Below, piece after piece: positions 1 through 13,040 of a DNA stretch of 64,000 bases (the first letter of the stretch is position 1; the number at the start of each line of letters is the position of its first letter). The position numbers were made by a program, and so were the translations under genes. Below the pieces are notes generated by a model. The model did no database searches. It saw only the letters and a program-made list of their open reading frames with translations, and was not told the DNA's origin. The stretch comes from Squalus acanthias (Eukaryota), in contig CM059431.1 of the NCBI GenBank assembly GCA_030390025.1, forward strand, positions 134,790,001-134,854,000. Direction: 5' to 3'.

Positions 1-767
1 CCGATGTGTTCTGAAAAAGGCACCTAAAGGCAGCTTATTCTAATTTGCTATTAAAAGTGCTGCAAGCATTGAGTGATGTTTTAGCAGACTCTTTTCAAGT
101 TTCTGAAACAATAAACACATAAACTGTAATATAGTATTTACCAAACACTGAAAAGGCTAAGTACTGAAGTTTGTGTTGGTGACTTTGGAACACAAGTAAT
201 AACAAAAGAACCCAGCATACTTCATTTTTAATAGTCTCAATAGTTTGGGGGAGCTTGAGTATTACCTTCTGATGGTGCAAAAATCAAGTCAATTACAACG
301 CTTAACTACTTTATTCTAATATTTCAATATTTAATATATAATTCCAGAATAAATTATTGGTTTCAAACGGTAGGCTTCACGATGTGGGAAAATGCACCAA
401 AACATTTTATAAATCGAAGTCTCATGAGGAGGCATGCTCCCAGACCACCAAACAAGTTTTGTATTATTTCTCTCTTCAAAAATTCTAAATTCGCCACTGG
501 ACAAATTGTATTTTTGTATACTTTTGGTTTTTTCCCTCCCTTTCATATGACTGATGGAATATTGAACATAGTTGTATCTTAGGCCATGATAAATTTATGT
601 CCCACGACACGCCCATTATAACAATGACTAATACTGCGTTTGATTACAGGCTTACCACAGGCCAATGAGAAGTCATGGAAATTAACATACACAATTTTTT
701 TTCAACTGTAGGGTTCTTGATAAATTGATAAATTGCAATACCATGAACCCAGATGAATGGAAGCAAT

Positions 768-1515
768 GGCCCAGTATTGCTGGAAAAATAATGGCGAGTT
801 CAGTGTGCACAAGCAACGAAAAAAGTGCGTTATAAGTGCATAAAAAGCCCAGCAATTTGTGGTGAGGAAGAGATACACCGTGAGTTGTAACTCGCCACAA
901 ATTGCGCTGGTCCACTGTTAGCCTTGCGAAAACAAGAGCTCGCCGTCTACCTCCCCACAATTGTCAAGAAATTGCTGGATTTGCGCCGTAAATACGAATT
1001 AAACGTGCCACAGAAATTTAGGGCTGCTATTTCACAACATAAGGACCCTGTTAATGGGGTGATTTATGGCCCTGACATGCCACTCACCTTTGGTCGCCTA
1101 GAAAGGGAACAATTAAAACTATGTCGTCTCACTCCTGCAGCTAGTAAATGATCGTAGTAGTTTTTTAAATTTAAAATTTAAAATATTTCAATTTTTTCTT
1201 ACTTTTCCTTTCTGTCTCATTTTTCTCCCTCTCTTAATCCAATCTTTTTTCCTTTTCTTTATTTCTCTTGGTGTATCTGATTTGACTCTAATTCACGCCA
1301 TTTCCTTCTCCGTCGTTTGCTCTGTTTCTTTCAATATCTTTAAATTTAATTAGTTAAGCAGATAGACTATTGGTCCCACCGTTCACCAAGGTCCCAAATA
1401 CCCCACTGACCTCACAATTCAAACATCCACCAATTTACAGCGCTAAAATAATTGGAGCTGAAGCGTGAGGAAAAAAATCCAACTCGCGGCACTCACGGTT
1501 CTGACAAATTTGACT
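768..1515. mobile_element. Degraded non-autonomous DNA element (GGCCC-ended MITE-like)
   Basis: Starts ggcccagtattgc. CpG-rich ends and an AT-rich core, laid out like the elements at 52905 and 59178. Right end unclear. Confidence 0.35.
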
Positions 1516-2134
1516 AACAATACTTTCCCTATAATTTTTGTTATTATTAAATAACCTCATTGACTTGTTACTCTATGAGTTAACACGGTAAGTGCTGTGA
1601 CTTTACTCCTTCCAATGTGAATTTTACATCAATAAAAATTTAATTTGGTGCAGCAGTGTAATTTGTACAAACAAAAACAAAACACCCCCCCACCCCAAAA
1701 TATTTAAAACGGAACTTTAAAACAACAACACTGAATAAAGAATTTTTTATATATAAAGTCAGCAATAATATAATTAAACATAACGTATCCATTTCCTGAG
1801 TTGCTACCAGATTATATTAAAATGCATTGCAAGTCGTTCAGTCACAGAATGGATCAAAGGTTCACATCCCAACAGTGGCTGACACTTGTGTGATTCAGTT
1901 CATTTGTACTCACACTGCTGTTCTGAATGGCTTGCAGATTTGGGCAAGATGACATGTTGCCCATTTTAATCCACCCCATATTAGATAGCAAATATCTAAC
2001 AGCGACCACAATATGATGGAGTTCAATGTTTTGTTTGAAAGGGAAAAATGCAAAACAGCTACTAAAGGGGGAATTTTTCGGGGGGTCAGCGGGCGCGTTT
2101 GGCGGGGGGTCGGCTGGGAAAAATTGTTTTTGAC

Positions 2135-2298
2135 CCCCCGCCGCTTGGTGTCGGGTCTGTTCAGCGGTGACAGACCCGACATCTGGGAGATTAGCGTGGA
2201 GCTGGGTTGACAGAACCCACTGTCAACCCGCCTCCACACTAGTCTCCCAGATGTCGGGTCTGTCATCGCTGAACAGACCCGACACCAAGCGGCGGGGG
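2135..2298. repeat. Foldback inverted repeat, 79-bp arms with 6-nt loop
   Basis: 2135-2213 is the reverse complement of 2220-2298 with about 5 mismatches. Each arm contains its own tgtcgggtctgt/acagacccgaca hairpin. Confidence 0.95.
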
Positions 2299-2371
2299 AG
2301 GCAATTTAGATCATTAGATAGATTGTGAAGAGGCAATTAAATAGTATTTTAAGCTCACCTTTAGATTTTTA

Positions 2372-2872
2372 GGGGGAAAAATTCAGTATCGCCCCGTTTG
2401 GGGCGCAATTATCGGCCGGGCGCAAAGATTAGCGCCTGGCACTAATTATCGCCTCCGACTGCAAACTTGACTTTTATCGTCCCTGGAGGTGATTGGAGCG
2501 CTAAATCAGGCGCTTCACACCTGTCTTAAGGCGAAAGGCCGAGGAGCGAGGTGCTAACGCAGAGCGCGGGCGAAGCTCATGTGATGTCAGTCAGCAATGG
2601 AACACAGACACAATGGCGCTGGACAGTTCTTAAAGGGGAGGGTTGATCTTGCTTTCCATCCACATCCTGCTCATTGCAGCCTTAAATCTCAGCCTGGAGA
2701 CACCTGTACATCAAATCTGCTGGAATTAACAATGGAGAGACCCAGGGAAAGAGCTCAGAGTGCAACCCCCACAGTCTCTTCTAAATCGATACAAGGAATG
2801 GCAAATCAAAATGAACCTGCAAAGTGTTGCTCGGTACCCAAAACTCCTTCACACAGCGTTGAATCTCTCCAG

Positions 2873-2907
<35 letters not shown>

Positions 2908-3274
2908 AATGCGTGGTTCAAAAATGTCACCAACAAAAAAAGGCAGGAAGCGTTCGCCTTTAAATAGCGCTCCTCCAGTCCCTTCCTGACTGCAAAACGC
3001 TCCCCTCAACGTGTCGTTGCTAGCGGCAGGCGGTAAGGCAGGGGGCGCCACTCAATATCTGCTCCGCAGCGCTACCGGGGCGTTGCGCACTCGACTGACG
3101 TCACGATCTGCCGGCGCAGGAGATCGTGGTGGTAGTGTTTAGCGCTGCCGCAAAATGTCTAGTTAATTTCGCAAGCGGCGCAAACATCGCCGCGCCCGGG
3201 CGCTAGTTGCTTTGCGCCCCATTAGCGCCCTCTTAAGGCGCTAACGGGAGGGACAACCAACTGAATATTCCCCC
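2372..3274. mobile_element. Harbinger internal-deletion derivative of the 54946-59094 family, nested in the 2067 element
   Basis: TIRs gggggaaaaattcag / ctgaatattccccc. Both ends are colinear with the ends of 54946-59094, including the (CT)n tract. Confidence 0.85.
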
Positions 3275-3587
3275 TTTAGAGTTCGCCAATGGCTTCCCCG
3301 CTGCTCGGGGATCATGTCAGGTAAGGAGGTGAGTTTTGTGACAGCATGGGATGATTCACTAACTTGACAGCTGCAAATGGTCTATAAAAGCTCCCATTTC
3401 ATAGGCCTTCACTCTCCACGATTAGAAGCTCTTGCTTACTGCATTTGGAAGACAGATTGAGCTTTATGCAGCTTGCAAGTTTTTGGAGCAAATTCTCTAT
3501 CCAGTGTCACCTCATTGGAACAACCTTTCTCACCATTGACAGATCGCTTCTGTCATCTCAACCTCACCTGCCATCTATTCCATCAGC

Positions 3588-3804
3588 ATCGGTGTCCTTG
3601 AAAAACTCTCACCTTGGTCCTCAGAATCCCACCACGATCAGCCCCAACACCAGCAGCACCAGGCGCACAAGCAGCACCAACAACAACACCAACCTTCTCT
3701 GCAATCACCTGAGGGTGCACAGGACAGAGAGCATCAACACCCGACCACATTGCTGCCCTGGAGGCCAGGGATGGCCTCACCATAGCCAGATTTACTTCAC
3801 TTGA
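3588..3804 (+). pseudogene. Harbinger transposase remnant, Q/H-rich N-terminus joined to C-terminal HIAALEARDGLTIARF
   Basis: Resembles the N-terminus of the 62911 transposase and the C-terminal ARF end of Harbinger transposases. Catalytic core absent. Confidence 0.7.
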
Positions 3805-4304
3805 CGCTGTACACCCTGGCTGCCACATGATGCGCCAGGTTGGCACCACCCCACACCAACACCATAAAGCAGCCCTACAATGTCCAAGCCATTCCTTTCA
3901 CACTCCTTGCCATTGCATGGGATACTGTTATGTCTCACCATTCATTGCAACTCACTAAGCCACTTCTAAAGGTGCACACAAATCTGTCCAAGAATGCAAA
4001 GTGTTGAAAATAAAGATTTCAATGTTTGACAGCACATTAACAGAAACTTCACATCAACATTGGCTAAAACACACTAGTGCCTACCATTGTGTGTTGTTAG
4101 TTGTTATGATTGGACTAGGATGAGGGTGAGTGTGTCGGGTGGCTAGTGAGATGGGGAAGTGATAATGTAGATAGAGAGGGATGGGTGGAGGTGCAAGGTA
4201 AGTTGGTGTGAGTAAGGATGTGCAGGAGTAGGGTAGGGAAGGCAGACTGATGTGGATGTGATAAGTTGCACAGCAGGATGAGGTTGAGTGTGGCTTTGCA
4301 GTAA

Positions 4305-4570
4305 CGTTTCGTGATCTACTGTGATCACTGAAATGTTTGCGCCACTGCAGCCAGGTCTTCCTAACAACATCCCTGCTTGTGTCCTCTTGTGCAATGTGCA
4401 ACCAGGCTGCGTTGATCTCCTGGGGAGGTCTCTTCCGCCCATTGGAAGGGAAGAGAACCTTCCTGCGTGCTGTGACTCCCTCCGTAAGCATATGGAGGGA
4501 GTCATGGGAGAGCCTGGGTGCAGCCGTGCACCTTTGTGCACTGCTTGTCGGTGTCTGCAGCACCTCAATG
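4305..4570 (-). pseudogene. Myb/SANT-like (trihelix) exon 1 remnant of a Harbinger element
   Basis: APRLSHDSLHMLTEGV...AWLHIAQE...TWLQWRKHFSD aligns by eye with the Myb-like exon at 11043. Second copy at about 22890-23150. Confidence 0.8.
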
Positions 4571-4840
4571 CTGTAGAGAACTCACAGCACAACAGTCAAA
4601 ATCAATTTGCGCATGGTCCCTTTAAGGAACTGGCTGATGACGCGTCATCAAGCGACGTCATCAGACCCGCTTCCTTCAATTGGCCGGCAAACACGCTGGG
4701 TGCGTTTAACAAGCCCAATCAGTGTAAAATTATTTTCACAGAGCGGGCTGGAGCCAGCAGCAGGGTCACACCCCGCCACCGACCCCGGCCGCACTGGACC
4801 CGCCTTGGTAGGCGAAATCGCGGCCTAACATTCAAGATGT

Positions 4841-5310
4841 GTGTTAGCCGTGGCTCAGTGGTAGCACTCGCGACTGAGTTAGAAGGTTCGATTCTAGAGT
4901 TCCACTCCAGAGACTTGAGCACAAATATCTAGGCTGACACTCCAGTCCAGTACCAAGGCAGTGCTGCACTGTTGGAGGTGCCGTCTTTTTGATGAGACGT
5001 TAAACCGAGGCCCTGTTTGCTCTCTCAGGTAGACGTAAAGGACGCCATGGCACTATTTCGAAGAAGAGCAGAAGAGTTATCTCCAGTGTCCTGGCCAATA
5101 TTTATCCCTCAATCAACATCACTAAAAACAGATTATCTGGTCATTATCACTTTGCTGTTTGTGGGAGCTTGCTGTGCGCAAATTGGCTGCTGTGTTTCCT
5201 ACATTACAACAGTGACTACACTCCAAAAGTACTTCTTTGGCTGTAAAGCACTTTAGGACATCCTGAAGTCGTGAAAGGCGCTATATAAATGCAAGTCTTT
5301 CTTTTTATTT
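4841..5310 (+). mobile_element. tRNA-headed Deu-domain SINE (SacSINE1/AmnSINE1-like)
   Basis: A-box tggctcagtgg, Deu-like core ggaggtgccgtc...gagacgttaaaccgagg, and L2-type tail gctatataaatgcaagt. Confidence 0.8.
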
Positions 5311-5920
5311 AGGTAAGGCCAACTTCAACGGGATGAGGTAGAGACTGTCCACAGTAAACTGGGCAAATTTGTTAATGGGTAAAACAACAGAAGATCAGTG
5401 GGAGGTGTTCAAAAATAACGTGATACAGAACCAGTTTTTACCCCTATGGGGCAAGAGCTCTACTTGCCAAAAAAAAAGCCATGGATGACTAGAGGTAAAG
5501 GACAACATAAAACTAAAAGAAAAAGCTTACAAGAATGCAAAAAAAAGCACAGATCATGGCAAATGGGAAAGATACAAAGAACAGCAAAAATGATAAAACA
5601 GATAGTAGGAACTACAAAACGGGAGTACGAAAAGAAACTTGCAAGGGATATCACTATCAACAGAAAAAACTTTTACAATTATATTCGGAAAAAGAGGGTG
5701 GTTAAGAGCAATGAAGGCCCTTTAAAAACTGATTACGGTGATATTATAATTGAAAATAAGGACATGGCAGGCATGTTAAATAATTACTTTGTGTCAGTAT
5801 TTACAGTAGAGGAAGAGGATAGCATGCCGGACATCCCAAGGAAACTAATATTGAATATGGGACAGGGACTCATCAGAATTAACGTAAGCAAAATAACAGT
5901 GATGAAGAAAATAATGCCAC

Positions 5921-6443
5921 TATACTTGCCTTCGAGGCTGTGCAACGAAGGTTCACTAGATTGATTCCTGGGATTAGAGGGTTATCCTATGAGGAGAGAT
6001 TGAGTAGATTGGGCCTATACTGTCTGGAGTTTAGATGAATGAGAGGTGATCTCATTGAAACATATAAGATTCTGAGGGGGATTGACAGGGTAGACGCTGA
6101 GAGATTGTTTCCCCTGGCTGGAAAGTCTAGAACTAGGGGGCATAGTCTTAGGATAAGGTGTCGGCCTTTTTAAGACTGAGATGAGGAGGAATTTCTTCAC
6201 TCTAGAGGGATGTGAATCTTTGGAATCCTCTGCCCCAAAGGGTTGTGGATGCTCAGTCGTTGAGTATATTCAAGGCTAAGACAGATCGATTTTTGGACTC
6301 TAGGGGAATATGGGATCTGGGATCCAGCGGGAAAGTGGAGTTGAGATCAAAGATCAGCCATGATCTTATTGAATGGCAGAGCAGGCACGAGGAGCCTTAT
6401 GGCCTACTCTTGCTCCTAACTCTTATGTCATTATGCTTTTATG
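5921..6443 (+). mobile_element. CR1 3' fragment nested in CR1
   Basis: EERLSRLGLY...RGHSL peptide, 3' UTR and tatg-type tail. Host CR1 resumes afterwards. Confidence 0.8.
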
Positions 6444-7450
6444 TACTAAAGAGTGACAAACCCCCAGAACCAGTTGGTTTCATCCCAGGGTTTAAAGGAA
6501 GTAGGTGAGAACATTGCAGATGTCCTAACTATGATCTTCCAAAATTCTCTCAATTCAGGAACCACTAGAGTCTATAGTTAAGGAAGGAGTGACTGAAAAC
6601 CATGAAAATTTTCAGCTGATCAGAGAGCCAGCATGGATTTGTAAAGGGTAGTTCATGCCTGACGAACCTGATTGAATTTTTTCAGGATGTGACTAAAGTA
6701 GTGGACAGGGGAATGTCTGTGGATGTTATTTCCAGAAGGCATTTGATAAAGTCTCTCATAAGAGACTGTTAGCTAAAGTTGAAGCTCATGGAATTGAGGG
6801 CACATTATTGACCTGGTTAGGAAATTGGCTGAGCGCCAGGAGACAGAGTAGGGATAAAGGGCAGGTACTCTTAATTGGCAGGATGTGACGAGTGGCATCC
6901 CACAGGAATTTGTGCTGGGACCTCAACTATTCACAGTATTCATTAACGACTTGGATGATGGGATAGAGAGCCACATATCCAAGTTTTCCAATGACACAAA
7001 GGTAGGCTGAATTGTAAGCAATGTAGAAGAAAGCATATAATTACAAAGAGATATTAATAGATTAGTGAATAGGCAAAACTGTGGCAAATGAATTTCAATA
7101 TAGGCAAGTGTGAGGTCATCCACTTTGGACCTAAAAAGGATAGATCAGAGTACTTTCTAAATGGTGAAAAGCTAGAAGAAGTGGAGGTCCAAAGAGACTT
7201 GGGATTCAATGTACATAGATCGTTAAAATGTCATGACAGGTACAAAAAATAATCAAAATCTAGAGGACTAAAATACAACAGTTTAGAAGTTATGCTGCAG
7301 CTATACAAAGCCCTGGTTAGACCACACCTGGAGTACTGTGTTCAGTTCTGGGCATCAAACCTTAGGAAGGATATATTGGCCTTGGAGGGAGTGCAGCGTA
7401 GATTTACTAGAATGATACCTGTAGTGCAAGGGTTAAATTACGGGAGAGAT

Positions 7451-9327
7451 TTTTAATTTTTTTATTCGTTTATGGGATCAGGGCATCGCTGGCAATGCCA
7501 GCATTTATTGCCAATCCCTAGTTGCCCTTGAGAAGGTGGTGGTGAGCCGCCTTCTTGAACCGCTGCAGTCCATGTGGTGATGGTACTCCCACAGTGCTGT
7601 TAGGTAGGGAGTTCCAGGATTTTGACCCAGCGACGATGAAGGATCGGCGATATACTTCCAAGTCTGAATGGTGTGTGACTTGGAGGGGAACTTGGAGGTG
7701 GTGGTGTTCCCATGCGCCTGCTGCCCTTGTCCTTCTAGGTGGAAGAGGTCGCGGGTTTGAGAGGTGCTGCCGAAGAAGCCTTGGCGAGTTGCTGCAGTGC
7801 ATCTTGTAGATGGTACATACTGCAGCCACGGTACGCCGGTGGTGGAGGGAGTGAATATTTAAGGTGGTGGATGGGGTGCCAATCAAGCGGGCTGCTTTGT
7901 CCTGGATGGTGTCAAGCTTCTTGAGTGTTGTTGGAGCTGCACTCATCCAGGCAAGTGGAGAGTATTCCATCACACTCCTTACTTGTGCCTTGTAGATGGT
8001 GGAAAGGCTTTGGGGAGTCAGGAGGTGAGACACTCGCCGCAGAATACCTAGCCTTTGATCTGCTCTTGTTGCCACAGTATTTATGTGGCTGGTCCAGTTA
8101 AGTTTCTGGTTAATGCTGACCCCCCAGGATGTTGATAGTGGGGGATTCGGCGATGGCAATGCCATTGAATGTCAAGGGGAGATGGTTAGACTCTCGCTTG
8201 TTGGAGATAGTCATTGCCTGGCACTTCTGTGGTGCGAATGTTACCTGCCGCTTATCAGCCCAAGCCTGAACGTCGTCCAGGTCTTGTTGCGTGCGGGCAT
8301 GGACTGCTTCATTATCTGTGGAGTTGCGAATGGCGCTGAACACTGTGCAGTCATCAGCGAACATCCCCATTTCTGACCTTATGTTGGAGGGAAGGTCATT
8401 GATGAAGCAGCTGAAGATGGTTGGGCCTAGGACACTGCCCTGAGGAACTCCTGCAGCGATGTCCTGGGGCTGTGATGATTGACCTTCAACCACCACAACC
8501 ATCTTCCTTTGTGCTAGGTATGACTCCAGCCAGTGGAGCGTTTTCCCCCTGATTCCCATTGACTTCAGTTTTACTAGGGCTCCTTGATGCCAGACTCGGT
8601 CAAATGCTGCCTTGATGTCAAGGGCAGTCACTCTCACCTCATCTCTGGAATTCAGCTCATTTGTCCATGTTTGGACCAAGGCTGTAATGAGGTCGGGAGC
8701 CGAGTGGTCTTGGCGGAACCCAAACTGGGCATCAGTGAGCAGGTTATTGGTGAGTAAGTGCCGCTTGATAGCACTGTCGATGACACCTTCCATCACTTTG
8801 CTGATGATTGAGAGTAGACTGATGGGGCGGTAATTGGCCGGGTTGGATTTGTCCTGCTTTTTGTGGACAGGACATACCTGGGCAGTTTTCCACATTGTCG
8901 GATAGATGCAAGCTTGGCTAGAGGCGTGGCTAGTTCTGGAGCACAAGTCTTCAGCACGATAGCTGGGATGTTGTCGGGGCCCATAGCCTTTGCTGTATCC
9001 AGTGCGCTCAGCCGTTTCTTGATATCACGTGGAGTCAATCGAATTGGCTGAAGACTGGCTTCTGTGATGTTGGGGACCTCGGGAGTAGGGCGATATCGAT
9101 CATCCACTCAGCACTTCTGGCTGAAGTTGGTTGCAAACGCTTCAGCCTTGTCTTTTGCACTCACGTGCTGGGCTCCACCCTCATTGAGGATGGGAATATT
9201 CTTGGAGCCTCCTCCTCCCATTAGTTGTTGAATAGACCACCACCATTCACGACTGGATGTGACAGGACTGCAGAGCTTTGATCTGATCCGTTGATTGTGG
9301 GATCGCTTAGCCCTGTCTATAGCATGC
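7451..9327 (-). mobile_element. 5'-truncated non-LTR retrotransposon of a second CR1/Jockey-group family
   Basis: RT motifs [33 protein letters not shown], with frameshifts and an A-rich tail. Host CR1 is continuous across it (gagagat|tac). Confidence 0.9.
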
Positions 9328-9945
9328 TACAAAAACTAGGGTTGTATTCCCTGCAATTCAAAAGGGGTGTTTTGATCGAAGTTTTCAAAATGTTAAGGGG
9401 AACTGATAGGGTAGACAGAGAGAAACTATTTCCACTGGTTGGGGACTAGGGGACATAGCCTAAAAATTAGAGCCAGGCCTTTCAGGAGTGAAGTTAGGAA
9501 ACACTTCTACACACAAAGTGTAGTCGAAGTTTGGAACCCTCTTCCGCAAACGGCAATTAATGCTTGGTCAATTGTTAATGTTAAATCTGAGATTGATAGA
9601 TTTCTGTTAACCAAAGGTATTAAGAGATATGGGACAAAGGCAGGTATAAGGAGTTAGGTCACAGATTATCCATGATCTCATTGAATGGTAGAATAGGCTT
9701 GAGGGGCTAAATGGCCTACTCCTGTTCCTATGTTCCTCGAAGCACTAGTGATGAAAGCTATAAACAACTATTTAACAGTGCATTCAGCTTCTCAGCTGAG
9801 GTGTCCAGTAATAATCTGGAAAATAAACAGCAGCAACAGCTCAGAAAGTTATTTGAAAATGCAGCAATTTTAAAAGCATTTTTAAGCTGAATTTGTTTTC
9901 CCAATTATTTCACCCCTGTCTTTTTGGAAAGTTCTTTATACAGTA

Positions 9946-10195
9946 CAGTAAACTCTTGTTTAAACGGCACTTAATCATCCGGAATTCTTTAACAACCGGC
10001 AAAATAGATAACCGGTAATCTTGCCGAATCCATCCAGCACTCGATTTTCCGAGTCCGAGTTTCCCGCGGTGGCCGAGTTAGTCAGTGGTTTTTATTTTTT
10101 TGTATTAAAAATTGCCTACCTCTCTGTTATCCAGAATTTTTCATGAACCGGCACCATCCTGGTCCCGTAGGTGCCAGATACGAAAGAGTTTATTG
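9946..10195. mobile_element. Tc1/mariner (Tigger/pogo-like) MITE
   Basis: TIR cagtaaactctt / aagagtttattg, flanked by TA on both sides. Confidence 0.75.
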
Positions 10196-10521
10196 TATTT
10201 AATTAGTTATTGTTTATTAACTTCTCATCAGCTCAAGCATCTATAGATGTCTAAACAATCCCATACTAAGCTCCATTAGGCATATCATCAGATTTTGTAA
10301 TCGTGTTTGCTCTAGCCACTATCACCGATTTATACCACTTTTTCTCTCTCAATTACAGAAATTTCAGAAATGCAATCACCAACTTGGGAAATCAAACACT
10401 TTATTACTGATCCCCTAAAAATCACTGTCTTAACTGTCTGGAAAAAGTACAGGGTATCTTTGGGTGTGTATTTTATCTAGAAATTTTAATGTGGTTTCCT
10501 TCAACATCAGCGGGTAATTTG

Positions 10522-10705
10522 TAAAAACAGAAAATGCAGGAAACACTCAGGAGGTCAGACAGCATCTGTGGAGAGAGAAACAGTTAAGGTACATCGACCT
10601 GAAACGTTAACTCTGTTTCTCTCTCCACAGATGCTGCCTGATCTGCTGAGTGTTTCCAGCATTTCCTGTTTTTATTTCTTTCCACCATTCACAGTATTTT
10701 GCTTT
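10522..10705. mobile_element. Penelope-like terminal repeat remnant, two inverted copies forming a hairpin
   Basis: Matches the 45190-45300 terminus in both orientations. The hammerhead CUGANGA core is lost. Confidence 0.8.
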
Positions 10706-11042
10706 GGATTCAGCAGATAGTTTTTGTTTGTTTATAGGAATTTAATGTTTATTAAAGACTATGGGCTCGATTTTGTCATTGGGGCGGGCTGGGGTCGTGT
10801 CATCCGCTTTTCGTGTTAGCCACCCGACTCCAATTTGATGTGGGAAAAATTTGCGATTTTCCCCTAATTGGGCAATTGATTTCCAGCGTGTGGGGACCCC
10901 TGGCCCAATTAGTCTTTCCATTCTGAAACTCGCCTCCGATGACGTCATCAATGCTGCTGGATTTAAGGCCTGCAAGCAGCCTTGCTTCTTCTGCAGACTG
11001 CAAACCTTTTGGCCTTTGCTCTGATAGTTTCTTCCAGGCAAA

Positions 11043-13040
11043 ATGTCCAGCAGTAGACCTAAGTCTGCACCGAGGTTTGATGACGCCGCCCTGCAAGCTC
11101 TGGTGGAGGGAGCAAGAGGGAATAAGGAGGTGCTCTTCCTTTCTTCAGGGAGGAAGAAGCCTCCCCAGCAGACGAAGGCTGTGTGGATGCAAGTGGCCCA
11201 GGAGGTCAACTCCTTATCTATGTGCCGCAGAACCTGGCTGCAGTGCAGGAAGAGGTTTCATGACCTTCTGCGCACTGGAAAAGTAGGTATGACTTTCCCA
11301 TCACCCTCAATCTGATCCCCATTGCCTCTCCTCACCAGCACTCAGCTTTGACAACCTCTTCCTCCACATCCCACTTGACACTGACATCCCTGCACCCTTA
11401 CCCATTCCCTCTCTCTGTATGTTCACATTCACTTAACTATTCGACTATGCAGCCCTCACACTCCCTATCGCTGTGATGCTATGAAAACAACTTATAACAC
11501 ACAGGGTCTCGCCACCTCACTGAATCTTTGTCTCCTTCTAAGCATCTATGCTATGGATTCTCTACACTCACTCCTTCATTCTCACTCAAACTCCACTTGT
11601 CTCCCTCATTGCAGGAAAAGAGAGCTCACAATAAGAGGGAAAGAGCGAGGACAGGAGGAGGGCCACCCTCAGTAGCCCAGCTCACCACCTCGGAGGAGGC
11701 GGTCCTGGAGATCATGGGAGTGGAGGAGGATGCGCAAGTGGGGGACAGACAGATGGGTGCATCAGAGCAAGCTGGTGACAGAATAATTTTTCATCTCTCT
11801 CATTGACATTGCATGAGTCACTGATAATGATTCTGATGATCTAACAGATTGACTTATGATCATCTGCAATATTCAATGTGCATGTAACCTTGGCCTCACA
11901 TCTCTGACTCTTTCCTTTACTCCCCCACAGGACCATCGAAAGCCCCCGTCCCCACTATCCAGGAGGAACAGCCTGAGCCTCCAGACACCTCAGAGGAAGC
12001 TGCAACCTCTGAGGGCACAGCGTCAGCAGAATTCAGCACACCCAGCACCAGCGCAGACACTCACACCTCGGTGGTACCTTCGCGAGATAGTGTAGTGTTG
12101 TCACCTGGTGTATCACAGCTCACAAGTGAGCATCAGCAGATGGTGGAGACAGGGACAGCAGTGGAGAGTCCTAGTCGGAGGGCGCAGGACTCTGCCAGCT
12201 CGGCTCAACTGCATGTCGACCCTCTGCCTCCAGGTCCATCCAGAAGAAGAGCGGTGCTGGAACTCCAGGAAGAGGTGCAGGAGTCTCTGGCAGGTTTTGT
12301 CTCCAGGGTCGCTGCGAGTGTGGAACGAATGGAGGAGTCCATCGCTTACATGAGCAGAGCCTTTGTGGAGGCGTTGGTGCATGAACGCATCACCACGGAA
12401 AGGATGGCAACCTCCGTGGAAAGGATGGCTACCTCCATGGTAAGGCTGGCTACCATAGAGGAGAGGATGGCTACGGTAGAGGAGAGGATGGCTACGTCCA
12501 TCGAGGAGCTTAGTCGCCAGGGTATGGAAAACATGGTCATTGTTCAGAATAGACTGACATCTCTTGAGGAGCGATGGTTAGCTATTGAGCAAACAAACCA
12601 GACCTTCAGGCAAGTCATCGGGAGTAGGACTTCCAGTACAGAAACGGGTTTCTCATGGCCCCCCTGAAGTGCAGCAAGGTGCTGTCAAGCCACTTGCTAG
12701 CTCTGAAGTGGGGCTGACCCATGAGAGGGATGTTGGTGGCAGAGAACAAGGAAGTGGGGTCTCCTCTCCAAGCGCTCACACGACCATGCCACTGCAAAGT
12801 CCTCGGTCAGAGCCCCACCAGAGTCCCCACCCAACTGAGATCGGCGTCTCAACCCCTGCACAGCCGCAGGAGCAGCAGACTGTTGCCGAGCCCTCACAGG
12901 CTCGCAACCCCAGAGGACGCCCGCCAAAGGTGTCGAGACAGGAGCAGCAAGAAAGTGAGCAAGGGGCCTCCACATCTGCTGAAGCCACAGGGGAAGCACC
13001 ACGTAGGAGCATGCGTAAGAGGAAGATAATGCACAAGTAG
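11043..13040 (+). CDS. Harbinger Myb/SANT-like protein, 3 exons (11043-11282, 11615-11774, 11931-12667; C-terminal tail to 13040 in +1 frame)
   Basis: PRF..AL..LV...W..VA.....RTW.QCRKRF.DL then HN.RE..RTGGG. GT-AG introns in phases 0 and 1, heptad coiled-coil, basic RRS.RKRK end. Confidence 0.85.

Larger units (their letters stand above)
2067..4825. mobile_element. Non-autonomous PIF/Harbinger derivative with convergent transposase and Myb-like remnants
   Basis: Loose GG...CC termini. Transposase N- and C-terminal remnant on + (3588-3804), Myb-like exon 1 remnant on -. Paralogous to 20237-23247. Confidence 0.75.
5311..9736 (+). mobile_element. Degraded CR1 LINE interrupted by two insertions
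   Basis: ORF2 remnants ([27 protein letters not shown]) and a (gttcctat)n tail near 9730. Confidence 0.9.

Noticed and set aside
515..560. Possible next UGGT2 exon (HMK...NQK-like on minus)
   Set aside because: Frame and donor site do not fit. I found no further UGGT exon in the window, though a short one could have been missed.
4841..4915. tRNA gene
   Set aside because: Degenerate tRNA-derived SINE head with no full cloverleaf.
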